From Octopus sinensis (Eukaryota), in the NCBI RefSeq assembly GCF_006345805.1, contig NC_042998.1:89094001-89158000 (forward strand): a stretch of DNA of 64,000 nucleotides, in the 5' to 3' direction. The position numbers and the translations under genes were made by a program. Every line of letters starts with the position of its first letter. Positions within the stretch are counted from its first letter, which is position 1. Shown piece after piece: positions 11,159-24,290 of the stretch. The notes below the pieces were generated by a model, which made no database searches, was not told the origin of the DNA, and saw nothing but the letters and a program-made list of their open reading frames with translations.

Positions 11159-13839
11159 TTTCGCGATATGATTAATAGAAACAGATTTTAGCTGAACCGC
11201 GTAAAAATATGTTCATTGCGGTGACCACACTTAACTTTACTAGTAAACACGTGCTACAGAATAGAAGTAAACGTCCAGTGAACTTAAGACTGTAGTCCGG
11301 TTTCGATTACGGTTGAATCCATTCTTGTCACCCATCCTCTAAATGAATTGTTTGGTAAAGACATGAATTTAAAATACAGTCATCATATCTCTTCGCTTTC
11401 AATAAACTGGGAATCATCATGAAAACTCCCATTGATATGAGCCTTCGTCAGGGATTGCCATTTCACATTTCTCAACTGGTTATTATTCCAGTAAAAAGGT
11501 TTTACGTCATAAATTCCAGTTTTATTTCTTTTCTAGAGATTTTATACTTTACTCCTATGTAAGAACTTTAGAACTAAGCACTTTTAAAGTCTTAGATAAA
11601 CACCAGGCGAACTACGTATGAAATTCAGTTCTGTTTAGAAATACTGTCAGACCTTTCCCTTGTCTTGCACGCTAAAATACTCTTTAAAAGAACTTAATAC
11701 AATTTCAGTTTTGCTTTTGATTACAAATATTTAGACTTCTAACAAAATTAATATGTAAGAAATTCAATATTACTACAGAGAATTTTTCAAGATATGTGTG
11801 TATGTGTGTCCCGAGTATTACTAAACTGCATCTAGTAGTAGAGCTCTGGTTCGGGAGTTTCAGGGTTTAGAGGAGCGTGGAACTACCTCTTAGCCATTAC
11901 TGTTCCCATGTCTACTCTGGTCCGTAGTCGTAGCACCTGTCAGAGATCCAGCTACGGGTTAACAAGCATATGTGATGATATTCAGTCTGAGCACGGGGAC
12001 ATAGTTACTAGTTACTAATCGTGGAGACTCAGAGAGTGTTTATAGATGTCTGTAATTATACAGAACAAATGATTGTTCAGGCGTTTATCCGAGATGTGGT
12101 CACTGCTACTGCAGAAGTGTATACACACACACACACACATACACACACACACATACATACATACATTCATACATACATACATACACATATATATACGCCC
12201 ATATGCACCCACACAAACCATACTTTTTTACTACCACTTAGTCGTAAATTTTGTAGGGTTAACTGGGGTAGATTGGCATACTGTTGCCGTGATATATTTT
12301 TTAATCCCATCAGATTTCCTAGCAGTTAAGTGAAATGAGGCATGTAAAAATTGTCTTTTCTAAGACATACAGTGGAATGATTGTGGCAGATATGAAATAA
12401 AAAAATCATGATTTGCCAGTATAATAAGTAATCTACGCTATTATTTCGCATTGGACAAGCCTTAATAACTGTAGTTTTTCCCCAGTATTATGACGTAAAG
12501 CTGCGACATAAACTTATGCAAGGAAATTTACTAATTTCGACTACGCCCTGAAAGTAATCGTCATATTAAGTCTTGCCTCTTTCATGTTTGAAGATAATCT
12601 CCTACATATGACTGCCACCACCATATCTTGACTCACTACAAATAAGGCATGAAGTAGTCATCTTATTTAAAAACTTTTTTTTTCATTATCAAACACCAAG
12701 AACATTTTGACGACAATAACTTGCAAGATCTTGCATGATAATGTCATTCATGCACATTCTTTTCTGAATCCCTTTTTATTCTTTTTGTTACTTGTAATGA
12801 TATCAAACATGGGAATCCTAATAAATCAGCACAGGTTATCTGGTTTGAAACTGTTTATGTCTCCAAAAATATCACTTGAAACAAAAAAGCTTTATTCAGA
12901 CATTTACTAGTTTTGTAAACACTTTTGTTAAAGACAAGAATCAGTGAAATGTTTTCCATTCTTTTATGATAAGAATGGGCTTATCTGAAATATTTAGCCG
13001 ATCTATTTTCATAGAAATTCCTATCACTACCCATGTTAACGTATATGGTTGTGTGTCGGTATGTATGTATGTCTACACGTGAAATGAACACTTTTTTGTG
13101 CGTACTAACTAGTCGAGTCAATAGAAGATAAATATTCAGTTTGCCAGTCCCAGTATTGTGTGACCCCGAGCGAGTTATCCTAATTGTTGTTTCCAGTGCC
13201 TATACATACAGTTGGATAATGTTCTGGCCTCTTAGATCCATCAAAATCGTTAAATCTTCCCCCATCGAATCATTACTGATACAATGTCACATAAACTTGT
13301 TATATATTATAATTACGGCAGATATATCAAGAACATATAGATAACGTAAATAGTGAATACATATCTAGAGTTACGGCGTACTTATACTTTCTTGGGTAAG
13401 ACAGTAAGCTTTATAAAATAATATAGTGGCTTAAGTATAAAGCTATATAGATTTACAGAGTTATAATCGCTTAGAGATTTATACCTTATGAAAAAGATAT
13501 GCGGAAAATCAGTTTACTACAATAGTAAAATTCTGTTTACGCCCAGAAGTATTTGACAGTCTTCCATTTAGAGATTATTCTTGTATTATTTTAAAAGTAT
13601 GACACCAAAATTCCGATTTGCATTTGCCGTAGAATTCCGAGAATGGTTTTATAAAAACGTTCTAGCTTGACAAATTTTTCACAGTTAAACATAGCAAAAG
13701 TGTTTAAGGTTGCATACAATTTAGTTAGTTTGTAAAGTGATACATTTAGAACGTACAAATCAATTTTTGAAAGAATATATTCAATTAGCTCGGGGCAGTG
13801 TATCATTAGTACTATGTATAAACATAAAAGTGATTGCTT

Positions 13840-13879
13840 GATTTTGAGGGTGACGCGCTGCCTAGTGCGCTACCGAGGC
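13840..13879 (-). pseudogene. 5'-half tRNA-Met(CAT) fragment
   Basis: Minus strand GCCTCGGTAGCGCACTAGGCAGCGCGTCACCCTCAAAATC matches the 5' 40 nt of metazoan elongator tRNA-Met as recalled (about 4 differences; anticodon now CAA). No T arm or 3' acceptor strand. Confidence 0.7.
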
Positions 13880-13935
13880 AACTAAAACTTCACATACTGT
13901 GTGATTTTGATCTATAACATCTATGCCAACTATAA

Positions 13936-14147
13936 GGCTGTGAGCTGCTGGAGTCGTTACTACGCTGAACAAAATGCTTAGCAGCATTTCTTCTAGCTTT
14001 ATGTTCTGAGTTCAAATTCTCATCGAGGCCAACTTTGCCTTTCATCCTTTCAGCGTCGATAAAATAAGAATCATTTGAGCACCACGGACGATGAGGTAGA
14101 TTGCCCGCTCCCTAATAATTTCAGGCTTTGCATTTATTATAGAAAGA
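13936..14147 (+). mobile_element. SINE family B with target-site duplication
   Basis: Family B body flanked by CATCTATGCCAA at 13918-13929 and 14149-14160. Confidence 0.85.
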
Positions 14148-14199
14148 GCATCTATGCCAATTACATCACTGATAGGATGCTAGCTCCAGATTTCTGAAA

Positions 14200-14640
14200 A
14201 TGTTCCCGTACATTGGTGATATTATTTGAAAAAGCATGAACTACGCAGCACTTCATTTCATCTCCTATATGGATATAGGATAGTTTACTTGAAGCAATAC
14301 CCTCAAATTTCTTGCTGTAGAACAATTTTCCGAGTCATAATGAAGCATGGGATGGCTAAAAATTGTATTTTTTTATTTTCTCACAATTTTGGAAGGAAAC
14401 AATGTACTTGTAGCTCAGTGATTTTAACACTAGATTATCAAAACCTCTTTCAAATATGCATCCTTAAAAGAGTTCTAACATTCCTTAAATTTAACCACAA
14501 ACGTCTAAATGTACAATACACTTACGAAATTTCTAGTCAAGCAGCAGCAGAAGAGTTTTGGGACTACACAAATTGCGTTTATCTTTCGTATTTCTTTAGA
14601 AATGTAGCCTCTTCTATTATTTACACACACTTGATACAAA
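14200..14640 (+). pseudogene. possible degraded MULE-type transposase C-terminal region
   Basis: Pieces across frames (..YFEK.., ..IW.DSLLEAIP.., ..NNF..EAW.., YQNLFQICILK, YLSYFFRNVA) follow the order of MULE C-terminal motifs YFE..W / PRTNN..EGWH / HPNI..FI..LK. Eye-level match only. Confidence 0.3.
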
Positions 14641-15659
14641 ATAGGTCCATTAGAAGAAGCACCCCATTAACTGATTGCTTCAAGGAAACTGATAAAGTTA
14701 TTCGATATTACGACTTTTTATTAAGCAAAGGATATAAATTTTCATTGACAATCTTTAGTTAATTAATGTTGAAGCCCATCTTCTAATGAGGAGGATGGAT
14801 GTTGAACGATATCAACTGGCGTTACAGTTAATTGGTCTTTATAGCTGAGATGTGAACACAAAACTCGTACATTACTAACTCTCTCTTGCTCTCACACGCG
14901 CGCGCGCACCTAAACCAGATAGTGAAAACTTTATGATGTAGGAATTAGTGTAGATAACGTGTTGAGTGTCGAGCACACACCTCTCGGCTATCATTCGAGT
15001 AGTTTACAGATTAAGCTGTCAGGACGCCCAATATATATTTCAACGCGTTCAAACATAAATACAAAAATACATACATCCCAGTCTACTGCCATCCATCCAT
15101 TACATACACTCATACATACATACATACATACATATACATACATACATACATACATACATACATACATACATACATACATGGTGTATTTAACAACGAAAAT
15201 ACTATATGTGAACAAAGCGTAGATGGATAAGCCTGCTAAGGCAGAAATGTGGAAGAGAGACAGTTATTGTATCAGCAGAAAGTTTTACATGTGTACATAT
15301 ACTGCAAGATAGAGAAGATCTTGGATCAGTGATGGGTACATCACATCTCCTTTAGATGGTTATAGGTTTCATGCCCAGAAACAGGAGTTATTTTTTTTTA
15401 ATAATTGATCAATAAGAGAGGAAAGGCAGTATATAGACCTTCACATGAAATACAAAGTGTCGCTTGTGCCACAGTAGTGTGGAAAATATCTACAGATCAT
15501 CAGTTCAAAATACCTGCAAGGTACTACTTATCCAATGCGTCATGAAATTGTCGCTAAAATCATCTACAAGCTATCCGCTGGAATGGGTGCGCCAATGGTC
15601 GTACCAAAGGCATACTAGAACACGAATGTATCCACACCTTTCAAAGTCAAGAATACCTG

Positions 15660-16500
15660 TGTATTTTGTATCGGGTTGATATCGCAGATTGTCCTTCTTC
15701 AAACGCTTCAAAACATCGCAGCAGATCTTTCGATTGACGATCTGGCTCTGGGGGACGAATTCTCGATGCACAATACCGCGGATGTCAAAAAAGATGTCGC
15801 GCCTTCTTCGGTCGTGGAGATGAAGGGCTCTTCCAATTTGACGACTGCTGCTTCATCTCAGGGTCGTGCCCGTAGACCCAACTTTTGTCATCGGTGATGA
15901 TCCTTGACATGAAGGATGGGTCATCAGCCGCACGCTGACGGAGATCTTAACAGACTTCGATGCGATTTTCTTTCTGCTCAGTGGTCACGGGTAGAGGACA
16001 AACTTGGCAGAGACACCCCCACATGTTCAATTCTGATGTTAGGATTAACTGCACGGCCCCATACGACAGGCCAACATTAACAATGTCGTTGGTTGTCCTC
16101 CGACGATCATCATGCACAGACATGGATTTTCTCCCTCTTTTCGAGGATGACACATGTGACAGGTCTTCCAGGTCGCTCATCGTCTTCCAAGGAAGTTCTT
16201 CCATTTTGAAGCACCCTTGAAACATTGCGTACGACCGAGTGTCTTCGCACTGTAAGCTTGCCGAAGCATACTCAATGTCTCTGTAACAGACTTCCCAACG
16301 CAAAATTTAAATGTTGGCTCTTTGTTCCAATTTCCTGTCCCTGACAAAATCGCAGACTACAGCATACATGTGATCATAAAAGCACAAATTTCACAACTTG
16401 CGAAGTGAATACAGCGATGTCACTCAGCACGCTGTCATATGAGGGTCACCGGTAGCTCTCACTGCGCACGCAACCGTGTGCTTTTTGAAACCATCTCGTA
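15660..16500 (-). mobile_element. degraded mariner (Tc1/mariner) transposon, 5' end and partial transposase
   Basis: Terminus TACGAGATGGTTTCAAAAAG at 16500; broken ORFs with VGLSYGAVQLILTSELNM and HREFVPQSQIVN..CCDVLKRL mariner motifs. Confidence 0.8.
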
Positions 16501-16569
16501 TGTATGTATGTATGTATGTATGTATGTATGTATGTATGTATGTATGTATGTATGTATGTATGTATGTAT

Positions 16570-16750
16570 GTATGAGTAGGTTTGTGCTTGTCCTAACTAT
16601 TACTTAACAACCAGTGTTGACTTATTTACGTCTTAGTGGTTCGACAAAAGAGACCGATAGGATAAATACCTGACTTAACAGAATAAGTACTGGGGCCGAC
16701 TCGTTCAACCAAAACCTTTGATGGCTGCAGCCCGATGACTGAAACAAAAG
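16570..16750 (+). mobile_element. SINE family A, 3' module
   Basis: GGTTCGACAAAAGAGACCGATAG...AATAAGTACTGGGGCCGAC...GATGACTGAAAC. Confidence 0.7.
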
Positions 16751-17109
16751 ATAAACTATAACAGATAAAGGACGCAAGGTTTTGCATTTGTGTTTCGTCT
16801 TGACACCAGCATCTTTTTCTTGTCTATCTTCAGCGGAATCCGTATGGTTGTCAAAAGCATTCGAATCAGGCTTTCAATTCGAGGATATTTTTTGTCCTCT
16901 CTCCTGTTAGGGGTAATAGACACTGACGTATCTCCTGAATAAGAAATGCAAAAATCCCTACTTTTTATCCTCTAGGTTCGATATTATCACTTAGGCTTCT
17001 CCCACCAAATTCCAAAACTTGGGCTTATTGTAGAAAGAAATTATTACGGTCTTGTCGGATTTTGATTACCATCCACATGGTCTTTTCCATTGAAGTCGAC
17101 ATTACCTTT

Positions 17110-17490
17110 AGTACGTTAGTACGCCAGGCAAAGTGTTTAGCAGTATTTCGTCAGTCTTTGCGTTCTGAGTGCAAATTCCACCGAGGTGAATTTGCCTTTC
17201 ACTGTCGATGAAATAAATACCGGCTGAGGTCTAAAGTTGGGGTAATCTACTTAATCTCTCATCCAAAATTTCTGGGCTTGTGGCAAAATTTGAGATTAAT
17301 ATCAATACTTGATCCTGTCAGAATCGTTATCGCGCTAGTCAAAATGTTTAGCGGCATTTCGTCCGTCTTTACGTTTTGAGCTCAAATTCTGCCGAGGTCA
17401 CCTTTGCCTTTCATCTTTTCAAGGTCGATAAAATAAATAACAGTTTAGTACTGGAGTCGTAATCGCCTTGTCCCCTTCTCCCAAATTACT
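17110..17490 (+). mobile_element. two tandem diverged SINE family B copies
   Basis: Two GCCTTTCA...GTCGAT central domains near 17193 and 17406. Confidence 0.75.
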
Positions 17491-17968
17491 GGGGTTTCAA
17501 TTAATATACAATCTTTTCGTAAACTTAAATTATAGTGTTTTGCATCAATTATTTATATATTATTCAAATATTTTACAATCATTTTATATCGATTGAAAAA
17601 GTTGGTTAGGGCTTTCGTTATATATGTAAGTACACATACCTTTGATCTCTAACACAGCAATGCCTTGTAACACAGGTCATAGGTTTTCACTGAAATTAAC
17701 ATAAACGAAAGAAATACAAACTGGAACGATTTCCTATTTGTTTTCTTCAGGTCAACAGGATTTGATTTAAAACTTGCAAGCTTATGAAAGACTAAGAGTA
17801 GTACAGAGCTATAAAACAAGTTTGATGAAATAACTGAATGGTAAGTGGTTTTGCTTGGCACACGGCAAATGAATAATAGCCCTACTGTGGAAAACTATAA
17901 AACATATATATTGGGCTGCGTGCTAAAATATGCTCTCAGAACTCTATATGCAAAGTATATACTGTGAA

Positions 17969-18000
<32 letters not shown>

Positions 18001-18230
18001 GTGTGTATGTGTGTGAAAGAGAGAGAGGGAATATGAAACACTGTTTTTGGTGTTCTACCAACTGATAAGAAACTAAAGAAGTCGTAATGAAATGCTAAAA
18101 TGATCGTTTCATTAAACAAATATATCTACTATGACGTCATAATTCCTTTATAGATACAATTCGAAACAAAAAAAATATAAGTGTGTATGTATACATAAAG
18201 GTTAGTGAGTGTATATGTATACGCTTGTAG

Positions 18231-18270
<40 letters not shown>

Positions 18271-18655
18271 GTTCAAACATACATGTGCACACTCACTGAC
18301 CTCCACATATACATACACACATACAGCACATATATAAAGTGAGAGCGTGGTACAACCCACAGACCAATCTAATCTGCAGGTGAGGGCTTCTATATATATA
18401 TATATATTATATATATATATATATAATACTTTTGCAATATTATTGATAGAGATTTCGTATTTTGTTTAACCTATACTTTGTCAAAAATATTAATTTGAAG
18501 TTTACAAAAGTAAGGAGTAACTTCGTAACCCTTCTGATTAATGTACAATAATTATTATAACTGAACTTAACGAAATTAATACACACACACGTATATATAT
18601 ATATATAAATATATATATACATATACAAAAGTTAAGACACAAACACGGACAGACA

Positions 18656-18742
<87 letters not shown>

Positions 18743-18798
18743 GTAGACAGCACGATAGATAGGTAGATAGATAGGCAGATAGACAGATATAGACAGAT

Positions 18799-18834
<36 letters not shown>

Positions 18835-20159
18835 GAAGAATTCACAAAAAAAAGCATCATGGCGAATGCCGGACAGAAGAGTAACACAGGAGAGTTAGGG
18901 AGAAGGGAGGTAATGAAGTAGCGGTGATCGCAAAACGAAGGTGCGCGTGCGTGTGTATAAGAGTTTGCATGTACGTGTGTAGGTGTGAAAATGTGGGTCT
19001 AGGAAGTGGTCAGTGCTGATGTGTGCGTGGTGGTGTGTTGTGATGTGATGCGCTGTGTGGTATGGTGGTGTAAGGGGTGTGATGGCGTTGGTAGGTGGGG
19101 AGGCGAGAGTGGGAAAAGCAAGGGTGGATGTAGAGGTGGAGTATGTGGGTAGGCGGAGGGTGGGGTAGAGGTGGGTGTGTGTGGGAGTGGGTGAATAACT
19201 TCTCTCTACTAAAAAAGTTGGATACCACGAAAAACAACCAGCGAATTCGTTGCTTCAGCCTATTCACCTCGTGAAGCTCCTTTCTGAGATGATGATGTCC
19301 TAATCTTAACTTCACGGATGAGAATGGCAAAATGGGAATTGAATGTAGTACTAAGATAGGTAATCTGACCTCTTCACAACTCGTCCAGTCCCTTCATTAA
19401 ATAGAAATAAACCATTGCTTTCTTTATCATCTAAATTTAATACATTACGAATTCTAGTACTCAGTTACTATATTAATTTTCTGAATTACTTAGCAAGTTT
19501 CTCTTCTTATCTGTTTCCCTTGGAAGACATACTAATCTCTAATGGAAAAATACTTTGCACCTAATTACACTTTCGTTACGCTGAGCAAATTTCGTTTTAG
19601 ACAAGTAGCTAAAATTAACCTGATATTGATATAATTTACCAATTATGCCAGGTTTGGTGTTTTAAACCTCATTGGTGAGTTATTGCTATTTATATTTCTG
19701 TCTGCGAAATTCTTTTGATTCCACATTTTGGAGAGTTTTCTAAAATTTCAACCAAAATAGAATAATTCACCAATATGTTTTCCAGCAATATCATTTATCG
19801 TGTGGTCTCGGGGAAAACGGGTGAAGAATTCCGTTGGCTCGGAACCAAGATAAATTAGTTGTGAAATATGAAGTTAAATATGATATAGGCCGTATTATGA
19901 CACTATTGGTAGTAACGCTGACAGCTACTGACGTTAAAACGTCAATACACACGTATATATAAGTATACTTAAGTATGTATATACGATGTATTTGTAAATG
20001 TATAACTATGTGTGTTTATGTATACATGCATGCATGCATACATACAATCAAACACTCACATAAAGATAGATAGATAGATGTTCAGAATGCATTAAGAATA
20101 ACTCCTATGAATTTTTTGTCATGTGTCAAATTTATCACTCTTTACTACATATTTATGGT

Positions 20160-21020
20160 CGCGTTGCCTGACAAAATGCTGAACGGCATTTCTTCCTGCT
20201 TTGCGTTCTGAATTCAATTTTTACCGAGGTCATCTATGCCATTCATCTTTTCAGCATTATAAGAACCAGTGAAGTACTAGGTCGATTTTATCAATTAGGC
20301 CTCTCCCACCAAATTCCAAGTCTTGAGCCTATAGTAGAAAGAAATTATTAGGGCCATGTCGGATTTTGATTACCTTCCACAGTTTTGTGCTTAACTAATA
20401 CTTTTAAGAGATTGAGTATTTAGAACTTACTAGTTTCACTGAAGATTTGCAATGAATGCAGTGTATAAAATATTGTCTTTCCAGCAATGTATTGAAATGC
20501 AGTGAAATATTGAACTGTGACAAATTATTGACAGACATAAAATAGAAAATGTTTTTGATATTAAAAGTGAAAGTAAGGGGTAACAATTTAGCCTTTGGTA
20601 ATAGATGTCGTTGTTAAGGTGGCAAGCTGGCCGAATCATTAGCACGCCAGGCGAAATGTTTCCATCCGTCTTTACGCTGAGTTCAAATTTCGACCTTAAT
20701 TTTCATTCTTTTGGGGTCGATAAAATAAGTACCAGTCATCGACTATCCTCCTTCCCCCAAATTTCAGAATTTGTGCCCAAGGCAGAAAGGATTATTATTG
20801 TTGTTTAGATCCAGATTACCTGTGATCGATTGCAACGATGATCAATATACCACCCAAGACCGTACTTATGCGTGCATGTGTACGTGTATGTGCGTGAAAA
20901 TACACAAAAGAGACTTAGCAGAGAGTTTCGAGGGTATTTGTTTCGACTGTCTGAGCTCTGAGTTCAAAATCCGTCGAGGACAACATTGCCTTTTACTCTA
21001 TCTGGGTCGATAAACAAGTA
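20160..21020 (+). mobile_element. three diverged SINE family B copies (20160-20345, 20615-20795, 20910-21020)
   Basis: Repeated GAGTTCAAA/GGGTCGATAAA motifs. Confidence 0.7.
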
Positions 21021-21277
21021 CCAATCCAGAGTGGTGGAATTGACGAAACTGTCAAGAGTAGAAAGGATATCCAACAGTATCAATTTTAGCTTTTGTATTC
21101 TAACTGCAATATCATGAGAGAGATTGCTGTATCAGCCCAAGTCAACAAACTTTCACTTGGATAAAAATGAATGACCTAGAGCGAGAAGTCTTGCATGCAA
21201 GTGTAATGGCCAGTCTTCCGAAAGAAAAAGACGATCTTTGCCAGGCGTCCATGCACAGGTGCATGGTTAATTTGAAT

Positions 21278-21360
<83 letters not shown>

Positions 21361-21361
<1 letters not shown>

Positions 21362-21888
21362 TAGCAGTATCGCCCGGCGTTGCTCGGGTTTGTAAGGGAA
21401 ATAACTATATAAGCATTTTTAGAGAGTTACTTCCCTTATAGATGCCAATTCGGGCTTTCTTAGCCATTTCTGTTTTGGTGTCTTCAAGCCACGAAGTCGT
21501 TGTTCTAAAAGAACGCTGGTCTCCTTGACAACGCTTTACGACGTTGATTTCCTTACACTCCCTTCCCCACAGCTTCACGAGGGAGGGAAGAAGAGGGAGA
21601 AGCAAACAGGTGCAGGTGTGACTATGGACGCCAACTCCGCCGCCATCGACACACGAAAAATTATGCATTAAATTGGAATAAAAAATGATGTTAAATTATT
21701 TTTAAAATCGTAGACTCATCGTAGACGCGCGCTAATACTCAGACGGGCTCGATATGAATCACGACTATAAGATACCCGAATTTGGTTAAACTGCACCGCA
21801 AAATGTGGGAGTAGTTAGGAATCTAAATCGAAGGGGACAGACACTCACACAACTACAGTTTTATATATATATATATATATATATTAGA
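21361..21888 (-). mobile_element. non-autonomous Helitron
   Basis: Minus strand begins TC-TAATATATATA...AAAACTGTAG and ends with GC hairpin CCCGAGCAACGCCGGG, 8-nt spacer and CTAG followed by T; no TIR or TSD. Confidence 0.8.
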
Positions 21889-22158
21889 GAGAGAGAGAGA
21901 GAGAGAGAGGGAGGGAGGGAGGGAAAAAGTTATTTTAATCTACATGGGTAGAAATATAGGAAAAATAGAAGTTGAAAATGCACTGAGAATAGTTAAAATA
22001 TTTTTATTTCTTATATTCAAAGATTAAATCAGTTTCACAGTTTACACTGATTTTCAAAAACTTGAAATAGAAAGACGTGGCTTATGTCGCAGCTGTAGGT
22101 ATATCAAGGGGCATAACTCCTAACCGAATCCCCTGACCCGTTTTACAGCATCCGCAAA

Positions 22159-22385
22159 CTAGATCAGCTCGCAGCGCTAAATACCCAAACTGCGAGATGC
22201 TAGCGTTTCGAAGTAGTTATCTACTCTTCGGTCACGGACGCTTTACAGGCGGTGCTACGAAATGGCTGAAGAGATTGACTCTCTTATAAGAGTATCAGCC
22301 TAGTGACTGTAACCGAAAAAGAGATAACTACTCCGAAATGCTTGCATCTCACAGTCTGGTTAGGTAGGCTGCGAGCTGATTTAGG
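22159..22385. repeat. head-to-head inverted repeat, each arm containing a decayed hammerhead motif
   Basis: Arms 22159-22237 and 22307-22385 are reverse complements with scattered mismatches. Reconstructed consensus CUGUGA-CCGAAGA-GGAG/AUAACUA/CUCC-GAA-ACGCUAGCRU-C-UCACAG. Confidence 0.75.
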
Positions 22386-22504
22386 TGTTCTTACACCATT
22401 TGGCAACAAACGGGATATATTTTCCGTGACAAAACGCAGTGAGTAGCTTGTTCTCCAGTTGGAAAGTACCTTAAACATATTTGGACTGATAATAATAATA
22501 ATAA

Positions 22505-22563
<59 letters not shown>

Positions 22564-22570
<7 letters not shown>

Positions 22571-22635
22571 AAGTAAGGGCAAAAGAAAAAAATTCTAATG
22601 CCAAAATATGCCGAAAATGCCCTTACTTATAAATT
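22564..22635. repeat. perfect 18-bp inverted repeat at end of Penelope-like remnant
   Basis: AATTTATAAGTAAGGGCA (22564-81) / TGCCCTTACTTATAAATT (22618-35). Confidence 0.85.
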
Positions 22636-22914
22636 GTTTATAAATTTAACATTTAAAGGTACTTTTTAATATACTGGCCATTGATAGAATTTTTTTCGAA
22701 AGATTTGTATCCTACATTAGATATATATATATAAAGTAAAAAAAAACTAAGGAAAAAATTCTTTCAAAGGTGTGTGTAAAACATCCAATTCACTGGTACG
22801 CCAATTGAATACCACATAAATATGGGTATAATTCAAATAGGGAGATACAATTGACAATCCAATAATCTATTTACATTATAATATAACATAAACAATTATT
22901 AAAAAACCAAAAAA

Positions 22915-22992
22915 AGCCAACAATTTGTTTCAGCTTATACATTTTTTGATATACAATCAATTCAATTCCCTTATATAAGCCTCACCAGAGCC
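22915..22992 (-). ncRNA. hammerhead-like motif with long stem II (A6G variant, probably decayed)
   Basis: Minus strand GGCU-CUGGUGA-GGCUUAUA...UAUAAGCU-GAA-ACAAAUUGU-U-GGCU. 8-bp stem II base, near-palindromic stem III. Confidence 0.55.
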
Positions 22993-23399
22993 AATGGTTT
23001 GAAGATAGGCAAAATTTGGTGCGAAAGGACGGCTGGTTTGTGAAAAAAATAATAATCTAAATGCCTATCTATTATGAGCATGTGCATTAGCCATTCAGTT
23101 GCCTATCAATTACAATAAAAATAACAAAATTATAACGGACAAAATAATTAACTAGAATCTACAACTATCGAAATATAATTCTATATATCTCAATATTAAA
23201 CCAAACTCGTTTATGTGGAAGACAATCTTTCGCTATTATAATTAACATACAACAATAACATATATGTATATTATTAAGTATCAGGGTCTTACTTAATCTA
23301 GAACCGCAATAAAACGTGTAAAAAAATATAAAAATATAAATGATAATTATATTTCTAATATATAGCTCTAATGCGGTGACCTGGCAGAAACGCTAGCAC

Positions 23400-24010
23400 G
23401 CTTCCGGTGTTATTAAAGGTGTACGTGAGTAATTTTTGACAGTATTTTCACAGTGTTAACATCGTTTATTCTGTTTCAGTGTTTTGGACACTTCGATTGA
23501 TTGTTTTTGTGCTGCTTTGCAACGATTTGTTTGTGCTTCCCCTCCTCATAGAGGAGGGTCGGCTTAATAAAAAAGATGTCTGAAGAAGACTTTAGCTTTT
23601 CAGTTATGTCGTCTTCAGAGGAAGAATTTTTGAAAACTGTCAAGAGAATGGACGAAAAAATTAAATTAAGAAAAGAGAAACTTTGCGGACGTGGCAAAGT
23701 GGCAGGAAAAGGATATTAATATTGGTGAACTTGAAAAATTACAAAACTTCATTAAATTGGGATGGATTTGACGTTAAATTGCCCCCCCCCCAACACACAC
23801 ACCGCAAAAGACGCATAATAATATCAAAGAAAGAATAATTTTGTACATTTTCAATAAAGGAAAAATTGATGTCATGACCACGGGTCAAGTGGAGAAGGAC
23901 CAATATGGCATGGAATTGTGTACTTTGCGAGAGGTACTAAGTTCGGAATAGTGGAAAGGAGATTCAAGGATGCGGCAAAGGCAAAAATTACGCAGCGACT
24001 ACCATTAAGA
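23400..24010 (+). mobile_element. 5' UTR and degraded ORF1 start of an L1/Tx1-like LINE
   Basis: ATG at 23576 (MSEEDFSFSVMSSSEEEFLKTVKRMDEKIKLRKEK...), later ..IVYFARGTKFGIVE.. fragment; 8-bp hairpin CCCTCCTC-ATA-GAGGAGGG at 23540-23558. Confidence 0.4.
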
Positions 24011-24029
24011 GTACCTATCCTTTCCATAT

Positions 24030-24290
24030 AACAATTGAAACAGTGGGGCTATGTTTCACGAATGAGCAATGATAGGATTCCGAAGAAAGTATTTTTCGGT
24101 TCAACTTGAAAATATTCAGCGGATAGTTCTACGGTATAAAAACAGACGAGGGGATACTGATCACTAAGCACAAGTAAACATAACTCGCTTCGGCAACATA
24201 AGCCGGATGTAAAAATCGTATGACCGCACCATACACATTTATGAGTGGACGTCAAATGATGATGATTTTATCGGGTGAGCAGGGAAGGAA
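24030..24290 (+). mobile_element. RTE-type LINE ORF2 C-terminal fragment
   Basis: GYVSRMSNDRIPKKVFFG matches the RTE/BovB C-terminal GHV.RM...RIPK..F(Y/F)G motif. Confidence 0.55.

Noticed and set aside
11425-11460. Minus-strand CUGACGA hammerhead-like core
   Set aside because: No GAAA or stem III; the + strand reads like a LINE RT LRQG motif.
2612-18139. CRE palindromes TGACGTCA at 2612 and 18132
   Set aside because: Three 8-mers in 64 kb is not clearly above chance, and there is no supporting promoter context for these two.
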